Source of the DNA: Nemertoderma westbladi
Lineage: Eukaryota; Animalia; Xenacoelomorpha
Assembly: GCA_032718475.1 (NCBI GenBank)
Contig: JAUCBJ010002096.1
Span: 1 to 64,000 of the forward strand
DNA: 64,000 nt
Direction of reading: 5' to 3'
Position 1 is the first letter of the stretch. Each line of letters starts with the position of its first letter. The notes under the pieces are model-generated. The model saw only the letters and a program-made list of their open reading frames with translations. It searched no databases and was not told where the DNA came from. Positions 11,721-23,700 of the stretch are shown piece after piece. Both the position numbers and the translations under genes were made by a program.

Positions 11721-14700
11721 TAAACTACAGTTACCATGGTAACTAAATATTTCTGGAATGTTTTGAGTTTCACTAAAAGTTCCAACTAGTGTTCCAGTCC
11801 AGATAACACATACCCAGTTTCAGAAAATTTTATCATGAAGTCTATGTCCAAATGAGTAATTTTTTCATAAAAACATATGTTTACAGCGGTTGTCATGGTA
11901 ACTTCAAAATTGAACAATGAAATTCGGACGCAGAATAAGTTATATAGTGGGGGTAGGGGTTGGTCCCAAGTCATAACACCTTAACCTTAGGCTTCAAATT
12001 AACATTTTGTCAATTTTAATATCTGTTTAGCCCGGTTGCCAAGGTAACTGGATTTTCTATTTAACCTCAATCGGCTCTGCTATGGACCTTATAGTTGTGT
12101 TGAGAAACCCCAAGTTTATATCTATTATAGTTTTTCTACAAATAGAGTTATAAATATTGACTTGAAATACATAGACTTTTTTTTAAGTCCGTTGCCATGG
12201 AAACCAGATTTTTCCCAGACATGTGACCTATCCCACACGACGCGCCTTGATGAGTAGTACATACATGCAAAATTTCAGGGTACTTTTAAAGGCTATTTTT
12301 TTCTGGAGTCAAAAAACACTAAATCTGCTCCATACAAGTAAAATAGCCCACTATGAATACACCATCTCAGCTAAGGAAAATCTTTCTTAGCGAAAGTAGT
12401 TGATTTTCCTTAGCTTCGTGGACAAAATAACTAGAAAGGCATTTCCTAAAGGAAATGCAACCACGAAGCTAAGGAAAATTAAACAAACGGCCACAATTTG
12501 GTTCGTTGCTTAGCCTAGTTTAGTAGCATTTGCCAATAAATAACTTCTATTCCCATGGAAACTAGAGTTCTCTGGAACTGTTGGTTTTACCTTTGAAAAA
12601 AGATTCAGTCCAGATTGTTTTTCAGATAACACATCGAGTTTCAGAAAATATTGTAGTTTATGTCCAAATTACAGATTTTCTATCAAAATGCATCTGTTTG
12701 CAGTGGTTGTCATGGAAACTGAAAAATAGAACAATGTAATTCGGATGCAGAATAAGTCATATAGTGGGGGTAGGTGTTGGTCCCAAGTCATAATACTATT
12801 AAATTGTGCTTCAAATTATCATTTTATTAATTTTAACATCTGTTTACTCTTGTTGCTATGGTAAATGGATTTTCTAATTAACTTCGAACGGCTTGTATAT
12901 GGACCTTATAGATGAGTTGCAAAACCCCAAGTTTATATATATTACAGTTTTTCTCCAAATAGAGTTATGATTATAGACTTGAATGATATATAACTTTAAA
13001 AAAACTACAGTTACCATGGTAACTAGATATTTCTGGAATGTTTTGAGTTTCACTAAAAGTTCCAACTAGTGGTCCAGATAACACATACCTAGTTTCGTAA
13101 AATTTTATCGTGAAGTCTATGTACAAATGAATAATTTTCGTATAAAAACATCTGTTTTCAGCGGTTGTCAAGGTAACTGCAAAATAGAACAATCAAATTC
13201 GGACGCAGAATAAGTTATATAGTGGGGGTAGGGATTGGTCCCAAGTCATCACACCTTAACCTTAGGCTTCAAATTAACATTTTAAAAATTTTAACATCTG
13301 TTTAGCCCGGTTGCCAAGGTAACTGGATTTTCTATTTAACCTCAATCGGCTCTGCTATGGACCTTATAGTTGTGTTGAGAAACCCCAAGTTTATATGTAT
13401 TATAGTTTTCCTACAAATAGAGTTACAAATATTGACTTGAAATACATAGACTTTTTTCTAAGTCCGTTGCCATGGAAACCAGATTTTTCCTGGAGATGAG
13501 ACCCATCCCACATGACGCGCCTTGATGAGTTGTATATACATGCAAAATTTCAGGGTACTTTTAAAGGCTAGTTTTTTCCCCGACCAAAAAAAACCAAATC
13601 TGCCTCACACAAGTAAAATAGCCCACTATGAATAGACCATCTCAGCTAAGGAAAATCTTTCTTAGCGAAAGTAGTTGATTTTCCTTAGCTTCGTGGATCA
13701 AATAACATTCAAAACACAATAAATAAGGGTTAAAAAACTCATTCGGCGGGCTACAGTCCAGGGGGCTACTGTCCGTGACCGGGTCAGGTCAGGTATTCTA
13801 GGTCATTGATCAAGAAAACTTGCCACCTCCATGCAGCATAAAGGAGGTGCCACCTGTAGCTGCATAGACCCTCTTTCTAGGGCAAATCTGGTCCTGTAAC
13901 TAGAAAGGCATTTCCTAAAGGAAATGCAACCTCGAAGCTAAGGAAAATTAAACAAAGGGCCACAATTTGGTTCGTTGCTTAGCCTAGTTTAGAAGCCTTT
14001 GCCAATAAATAACTTATATTCCCATGGAAACTAGAATTCTCTGGAACTGTTGGTTTTACCTTTGAAAAAAGATTCAGTCCAGATTGTGGTTCAGATAACA
14101 CATACCAAGTTTCAGAAAATATTGTAGTTTATGTCCAAATTACCGATTTTCTATCAAAATGCATCTGTTTGCAGTGGTTGTCATGGAAACTGAGAAATAG
14201 AACAATGTAATTCGGATGCAGAATAAGTCATATAAGGGGGGTAGGTCTTGGTCCCAAGTCATAATACTATTAACTTGTGTTTCAAATTATCATTTTAGAA
14301 ATGTTAACATCTGTTTAGTCTTGTTGCTATGGTAATTGGATTGTGTAATTAACCTCGAATGGATTGTATATGGACCTTATAGATGAGTTGCAAAATCCCA
14401 AATTTATATTTATTACATTATTTTGCTACAAATAGAGTATTGAATTTAGACTTGAATGATATAGACTTTAATAAACTCCAGTTACCATGGTAACAAGATA
14501 TTTCTGGAATGTTTTCAGTTTCAGTAAAAGTTCCAACTAATTGTCCAGATAACACATTCCCAGTTTCGTAAAATTTTATCGCGAAGTCTATGTCCAAATG
14601 AGTTATTTTTGTATAAAAACATCTGTTTTTAGCGGTTGTCATGGTAACTGCAAAATTAAACAATGAAATTTGGACGCAGAATAAGTTATATAGTGGGGGT

Positions 14701-17700
14701 AGGGGTTGGTCCCAAGTCATAACACCTTAACCTTAGGCTTCAAATTAACATTTTATAAATTTTAACATCTGTTTAGCCCGGTTGCCAAGGTAACTGGATT
14801 TTATATTTAACCTCAATCGGCTCTGCTATGGACCTTATAGTTGAGTTGAGAAACCCCAAGTTTATATCTATTATAGTTTTCCTACAAATAGAGTTATAAA
14901 TATTGACTTGAAATACATAGACTTTTTTCTAAGTCCGTTGCCATGGAAACCAGATTTTTCCTGGATATGAGACCCGGCCCAAAAGATGCGTCTCGCCGAG
15001 TAGTATATACATGCAAAATTTCAGGGTACTTTTAAAGGCTAGTTTTTTCACCTATCAAAAAACCCCAAATCTGCCTCACACAAGTAAAATAGCCCACTAT
15101 GAATAGACCATCTCAGCTAAGGAAAATCTTTCTTAGCGAAAGTAGTTGATTTTCCTTAGCTTCGTGGACAGGCCTTCAACAGGGCTAATCAGGATGTGTC
15201 GGGCTACGTAAGAAACTGACTACTGGACTAAAAACACTACTTCCCTAGATTCACTACTCAGACTATATTACTACTGGGTTGGTACTACCGGTAGGTTAGG
15301 TGTGGCAACAAATATAATACTAGAAAGGCATTTCCTAAAGGAAATGCAACCACGAAGCTAAGGAAAATTAAACAAAGGGCCACAATTTGGTTTGTTGCTT
15401 AGCCTAGTTTAGTAGCATTTGCCAATAAATAACTTCTATTCCCATGGAAACTAGAGTTCTCTGGAACTGTTGGTTTTACCTTTGAAAAAAGATTCAGTCC
15501 AGATTGTGGTTCAGATAACACATTTACCGAGTTTCAGAAAAATATATTGTAGTTTATGTCCAAATTACCAATTTTCTATCAAAATGCATCTTTTTGCAGT
15601 GGTTGTCATGGAAACTGAAAAATAGTACAATGTAATTCGGATGCAGAAAAGTCATACAATGGGGGTAGGTCTTGGTCCCAAGTCATAATACTATTAACTT
15701 GTGTTTCAAATTATCATTTTAGAAATTTTAACATCTGTTTAGTCTTGTTGCTATGGTAATTGGATTGTGTAATTAACCTCGAATGGAAGGTATATGGACG
15801 TTACAGATGAGTTGCAAAACCCCAAATTTATATTTATTACATTATTTTGCTACAAATAGAGTATTGAATTTAGACTTGAATGATATAGACTTTAATAAAC
15901 TCCAGTTACCATGGTAACAAGATATTTCTGGAATGTTTTGAGTTTCACTAAAAGTTCCAACTAGTGGTCCAGATAACACATACCCAGTTTGGTAAAGTTT
16001 TATCGCGAAGACTATGTCCAAATGAGTTATTTTTGTATAAAAACATATGTTTTCAGCGGTTGTCATGGTAACCGCAAAATAGAACAATCAAATTCGGACG
16101 CAGAATAAGTTATATAGTGGGGGTAGGGGTTGGTCCCAAGTAATAATACCTTAACCTTAGGCTTCAAATTAACATTTTATAAATTTTAACATCTGTTTAG
16201 CCCGGTTGCCAAGGTAACTGGATTTTCTATTCAACCTCAATCGGCTCTGCTGCGGACCTTATAGTTGAGTTGAGAAACCCCAAGTTTATATCTATTATAG
16301 TTTTCCTACAAATAGAATTATAAATATTGACTTGAAATACATAGACTTTTTTCTAAGTCCGTTGCCATGGAAACCAGATTTTTCCTGGATATGAGACCCA
16401 TCCCACACGACGCGCCTTGATGAGTTGTATATACATGCAAATTTTCAGGGTACTTTTAAAGGCTAGTTTTTTCACCTATCAAAAAACCCCAAATCTGCCC
16501 CATACAAGTAAAATAGCCCACTATGAATAGACCATCTCAGCTAAGGAAAATCTTTCTTAGCGAAAGTAGTTGATTTTCCTTAGCTTCGTGGATTACGAGA
16601 AAGGCATTTCCTAAAGGAAATGCAACCACGAAGCTAAGGAAAATTAAACAAACGGCCACACTTTGGTTCGTTGCTTAGCCTCGTTAAGTAGCAATTGTCA
16701 ATAATTAACTTCTATTCCCATGGAAACTAGAGTTCTCTGGAACTGTTGCTTTAACCTTTGAAAAAAAATTCAGTACAGATTGTGGTTCAGATAACACATA
16801 TACTGAGTTTCAGAAAATATTGTAGTTTATGTCCAAATTACCGATTTTCTATCAAAATGCATCTGTTTGCAGTGGTTGTCATGGAAACTGGAAAATAGAA
16901 CAATGTAATTCGGATGCAGAATAAGTCATATAGTGGGGGTAGGGGTTAGTCCCAAGTCATAATACTATTAACTTGTGCTTCAAATTATCATTTTATAAAT
17001 TTTAACATCTGTTTAGACTTGTTGCTATGGTAACTGTATTTTCTAATTAACCTCAAACGGCTTGGATATGGATCTTATAGATGAGTTGCAAAACCCCAAG
17101 TTTATATATATTACAGTTTTGCTACAAATAGAGTTATCAATATAGATTTGAATGATATAGAGTTTAATAAACTACACAGTTACCATGGTAACTAAATTTC
17201 TGGAATAATTTAAGTTTCACTAAAAGTTCCAACTAGTGGTCCAGATAACACATACCCAGTTTTGTAAAATTTTATCGTGAAGTCTAGGTCCAAATGAATA
17301 AGTTTTGAATAAAAACATCTGTTTTCAGCGGTTGTCATGGTAACTGAAAAATAGAACAATGTAATTCAGATGCAGAATACGTTATATAGTGGGGGTAGGG
17401 GTTGGTCCCAAGTCATAACACCTTGCCCTTAGGCCTCAAATTAACATTTTATAAATTTTAACATCTGTTTATCCCGGTTGCCAAGGTAACTGGATTTTCT
17501 ATTTAGCCTCAATCGGATCTGCTATGGACCTTATAGTTGTGTTGCGAAACCCCAAGTTTATAACTATTATAGTTTTCCTACAAATAGAGTTATAAATATT
17601 GACTTGAAATACATAGACTTTTTTTGAAGTCCGTTGCCATGGAAACCAGATTTTTCCTGGATATGAGACCCGGCCCAAAAGATGCGCCTCGTCGAGTAGT

Positions 17701-20700
17701 ATATACATGCAAAATTTCAGGGTACTTTTAAAGGTTAGTTTTTTCACCTATCAAAAAACCCCAAATCTGCCTCACACAAGTAAAATAGCCCACTATGAAT
17801 AGACCATCTCAGCTAAGGAAAATCTTTCTTAGCGAAAGTAGTTGATTTTCCTTAGCTTCGTGGATAATATTACTAGAAAGGCATTTCCTAAAGGAAATGC
17901 AACCACGAAGCTAAGGAAAATTAAACAAAGGGCCATAATTTGGTTTGTTGCTTAGCCTAGAAATAACTTATATTCCCATGGAAACTAGAATTCTCTGGAA
18001 CTGTTGGTTTTACGAGAAAGGCATTTCCTAAAGGAAATGCAACCACGAAGCTAAGGAAAATTAAACAAACGGCCACACTTTGGTTCGTTGCTTAGCCTCG
18101 TTAAGTAGCAATTGTCAATAATTAACTTCTATTCCCATGGAAACTAGAGTTCTCTGGAACTGTTGCTTTAACCTTTGAAAAAAAATTCAGTACAGATTGT
18201 GGTTCAGATAACACATATACTGAGTTTCAGAAAATATTGTAGTTTATGTCCAAATTACCGATTTTCTATCAAAATGCATCTGTTTGCAGTGGTTGTCATG
18301 GAAACTGGAAAATAGAACAATGTAATTCGGATGCAGAATAAGTCATATAGTGGGGGTAGGGGTTAGTCCCAAGTCATAATACTATTAACTTGTGCTTCAA
18401 ATTATCATTTTATAAATTTTAACATCTGTTTAGACTTGTTGCTATGGTAACTGTATTTTCTAATTAACCTCAAACGGCTTGGATATGGATCTTATAGATG
18501 AGTTGCAAAACCCCAAGTTTATATATATTACAGTTTTGCTACAAATAGAGTTATCAATATAGATTTGAATGATATAGAGTTTAATAAACTACACAGTTAC
18601 CATGGTAACTAAATTTCTGGAATAATTTAAGTTTCACTAAAAGTTCCAACTAGTGGTCCAGATAACACATACCCAGTTTTGTAAAATTTTATCGTGAAGT
18701 CTAGGTCCAAATGAATAAGTTTTGAATAAAAACATCTGTTTTCAGCGGTTGTCATGGTAACTGAAAAATAGAACAATGTAATTCAGATGCAGAATACGTT
18801 ATATAGTGGGGGTAGGGGTTGGTCCCAAGTCATAACACCTTGCCCTTAGGCCTCAAATTAACATTTTATAAATTTTAACATCTGTTTATCCCGGTTGCCA
18901 AGGTAACTGGATTTTCTATTTAGCCTCAATCGGATCTGCTATGGACCTTATAGTTGTGTTGCGAAACCCCAAGTTTATAACTATTATAGTTTTCCTACAA
19001 ATAGAGTTATAAATATTGACTTGAAATACATAGACTTTTTTTGAAGTCCGTTGCCATGGAAACCAGATTTTTCCTGGATATGAGACCCGGCCCAAAAGAT
19101 GCGCCTCGTCGAGTAGTATATACATGCAAAATTTCAGGGTACTTTTAAAGGTTAGTTTTTTCACCTATCAAAAAACCCCAAATCTGCCTCACACAAGTAA
19201 AATAGCCCACTATGAATAGACCATCTCAGCTAAGGAAAATCTTTCTTAGCGAAAGTAGTTGATTTTCCTTAGCTTCGTGGACCTTTGAAAAAAGATTCAG
19301 TCCAGATTGTGGTTCAGATAACACATACCAAGTTTCAGAAAATATTGTAGTTTATGTCCAAATTACCGATTTTCTATCATAATGCATCTGTTTGCAGTGG
19401 TTGTCATGGAAACTGAAAAATAGAACAATGTAATTCGGATGCAGAATAAGTCATATAATGGGGGTAGGTCTTGGTCCCAAGTCATAATACTATTAACTTG
19501 TGTTTCAAATTATTATTTTAGAAATTTTAACATCTGTTTAGTCTTGTTGCTATGGTAATTGGATTGTGTAATTAACCTCGAATGGATTGTATATGGACCT
19601 TACAGATGACTTGCAAAACCCCAAATTTATATTTATTACATTATTTTGCTGCAAATAGAGTATTGAATTTAGACTTGAATGATATCGACTTTAATAAACT
19701 CCAGTTACCATGGTAACAAGATATTTATGGAATGTTTTAGGTTTTACTAAAAGTTCCAACTAGTGGTCCAGATAACACATATCCAATTTCGTAAAATTTT
19801 ATCGCGAAGTCTATGTCCAAATGAGTTATTTTTGTATAAAAACATCTGTTTTCAGCGGTTGTCATGGTAACTGCAAAATTAAACAATGAAATTCGGACGC
19901 AGAATAAGTCATATAGTGGGGGTAGGGGTTGGTCCCAAGACATAACACATTAACCTTAGGCTTCAAATTAACATTTTATAAATTTTAACATCTGTTTAGC
20001 CCGGTTGCCAAGGTAACTGGAATTTCTATTTAACCTCAATCGGCTCTGCTATGGACCTTATAGTTGAGTTGAGAAATCCCAAGTTTAAATGTATTATAGT
20101 TTTCCTACAAATAGAGTTATAAATATTGACTTGAAATACATAGACTTTTTTCTAAGTCCGTTGCCATGGAAACCAGATTTTTCCTGAATATGAGACCCAT
20201 CCCACACGACGCGCCTCGATGAGTAGTACATACATGCAAAATTTCAGGGTACTTTTAAAGGCTAGTTTTTTCCCCGACCAAAAAAAACCAAATCTGCCTC
20301 ATACAAGTAAAATAGCCCACTATGAATAGACCATCTCAGCTAAGGAAAATCTTTCTTAGCGAAAGTAGTTGATTTTCCTTAGCTTCGTGGATTATGGGGC
20401 TACGCGTACGAGAAAGGCATTTCCTAAAGGAAATGCAACCACGAAGCTAAGGAAAATTAAACAAACGGCCACACTTTGGTTCGTTGCTTGCTTAGCCTCG
20501 TTTAGTAGCAATTGTCAATAATTAACTTCTATTCCCATGGAAACTAGAGTTCGCTGGAACTGTTGCTTTAACCTTTGAAAAAAAATTCAGTACAGATTGT
20601 GGTTCAGATAACACATGTACTGAGTTTTAGAAAATATTGTAGTTTATGTCCAAATTACCGATTTTCTATCAAAATGCATCTGTTTGTAGTGGTTGTCATG

Positions 20701-23700
20701 GAAACTGAAAAATAGAACAATGTAATTCGGATGCAGAATAAGTCATATAGTGGGGGTAGGTGTTGGTCCCAAGTCATAATACTATTAACTTGTGCTTCAA
20801 ATTATCATTTTATAAATTTTAATATCTGTTTAGTCTTGTTGCTATGGTGACTGGAATTTCTAATTAACCTCGAACGGCTTGGATATGAACCTTATAGTTG
20901 AGTTGAGAAACCCCAAGTTTATATCTATTGCGGTTTTTCTACAAATAGAGTTATGAATATAGACTTGAATGATATAATCTGTAATAAACTCCAGTTACCA
21001 CGGTAACTAGATATTTCTGGAATGTTTTGAGTTTCACTAAAAGTTCCAACTAGTGGTCCAGATAACACATACCCAGTTTTGTAAAATTTTATCGTGAAGT
21101 CTATGTCCAAATGAATAAGTTTTGAATAAAAACATCTGTTTTCAGCGGTTGTCATGGTAACTGAAAAATAGAACAATGTAATTCGGATGCAGAATAAGTT
21201 ATATAGTGGGGGTAGGGGTTGGTCCCAAGTCATAACACCTTGCCCTTAGGCTTCAAATTAACATTTTATAAATTTTAACATCTGTTTATCCCGGTTGCCA
21301 AGGTAACTGGATTTTCTATTTAGCCTCAATCGGATCTGCTATGGACCTTATAGTTGTGTTGCGAAACCCCAAGTTTATATCTATTATAGTTTTCCTACAA
21401 ATAGAGTTATAAATATTGACTTGAAATACATAGACTTTTTTTGAAGTCCGTTGCCATGGAAACCAGATTTTTCCTGGATATGAGACCCGGCCCAAAAGAT
21501 GCGCCTCGTCGAGTAGTATATACATGCAAAATTTCAGGGTACTTTTAAAGGCTAGTTTTTTCGCCTATCAAAAAACCCCAAATCTGCCTCACACAAGTAA
21601 AATAGCCCACTATGAATAGACCATCTCAGCTAAGGAAAATCTTTCTTAGCGAAAGTAGTTGATTTTCCTTAGCTTCGTGGATCCCTGTAATCGCCGGCAA
21701 AGCAATTAATTAACAGAATTTCTAATAAAATTGACAGAAAATTTACAAAAAAATTTTTTTTTTTTAAAGTCGCAAAATAACTAGAAAGGCATTTCCTAAA
21801 GGAAATGCAACCACGAAGCTAAGGAAAATTAGACACTCTTTGACTCATCAGTTCATTGATTTACCGAGTTAAAAGAACTCCCGGTATTGCCAAGGTAACT
21901 GGACTTTTCTAGAAATGCTGAGTTTTGCATTAAGATCTAGTTTGTGGTTCCAGGTGACACATCGACTTCAAGGAAGCTTCATTGAGTAGTTTATGTGCAA
22001 AATTAATTATTAATTTGTTAAAAAGTCTGTTTGCAGTGGTTGTCAAGGTAACTGGCAAATAGAACAACGTAGATTGGATGCAGAATAAGTGATATCATGG
22101 TGGTAGGGGTTGGTCCCAAGTCATAATGCCTTTAACATGTGTTTCTAATTATAATTTTTTAAATTATAACATCTGTTTAGCCTGGTTACCAAGGTAACTG
22201 GATTTTCTAATTAACCACAATTGGCTCCTCTAAGGACCTTCCTTATAGTTGAGTTGGGAAACCCAATATTTATATCTAATACAGTTTTCCTACAAACAAG
22301 AGTTAAAAATATAGACTTGAATGATATTGACTTTAATAAGCTCCAGTTACCATGGTAACTAGATATTTCTGGAATGTTTTGAGTTTTACTAAAAGTTCCA
22401 ACTAGTAGTCCAGATAACACATACCCAGTTTTGTAAAATTTTATCGTGAAGTCTATGTCCAAATGAATAATTGTTGTATAAAAACATCTGTTTTCAGCGG
22501 TTGTCATGGTAACTGCAAAATAGAACAATCAAATTCGGACGCAGAATAAGTTATATAGTGGGGGTAGGGATTGGTCCCAAGTCATCACACCTTAACCTTA
22601 GGCTTCAAATTAACATTTTAAAAATTTTAACTTCTGTTTAGCCCGGTTGCCAAGGTAACTGGATTTTCTATTTAACCTCAATCGGCTCTGCTATGGACCT
22701 TATAGTTGTGTTGAGAAACCCCAAGTTTATATGTATTATAGTTTTCCTACAAATAGAGTTACAAATATTGACTTGAAATACATAGACTTTTTTCTAAGTC
22801 CGTTGCCATGGAAACCAGATTTTTCCTGGATATGAGACCCATCCCACACGACGCGCCTTGATGAGTTGTATATACATGCAAAATTTCAGGGTACTTTTAA
22901 AGGCTAGTTTTTTCACCTATCAAAAAACACTAAATCTGCTCCATACAAGTAAAACAGCCCACTATGAATAGACCATCTCAGCTAAGGAAAATCTTTCTTA
23001 GCGAAAGTAGTTGATTTTCCTTAGCTTCGTGGATTATGTATACTAGAAAGGCATTTCCTAAAGGAAATGCAACCACGAAGCTAAGGAAAATTAAACACTC
23101 TTTGACTCGATCACTTCATTGCTTTACAGAGTTAAGAGGCATATGCCTTTAAAACTCATTACCATGGCAACCGGAGTTTTCTAGAACTGCTGAGGATAAC
23201 ATTAAGATCCGGTTTGTGGTTCCAGGTGACACATACTTCAATTCAGTTTCATTGAGTAGTTAATGTGTAAAACAAAGGATTTAATTGTTAAAACGTCTGT
23301 TTGTAGTGGTTGTCATGGAAACTGAAAAATGCGACAAATTAAATTGGATGCGTAATTAGTGATATAGTGGGGGTAGGGATTGGTCCCAAGTCGTAATACC
23401 TTAATGTTATGCTTCAAATAACCATTTTATAAATTTGAACATCTGTTTAACATGGTTGCCCTGGTAACTGGATTTTCTAATTAACCTCAATCAGCTCGAC
23501 TATTGTCCTTATCATTGAGTTGAGAAACCCCAAGTTTATATCTATTGCGGTTATTCTATAAATAGAGTTATGAATATAGACTTGAATGATATAATCTGTA
23601 ATAAACTCCAGTTACCACGGTAACTAGATATTTCTGGAATGTTTTTTAGTTTCACTAAAAGTTCCAACTAGTGGTCTAGTTAACACATAACCAGTTTCGT

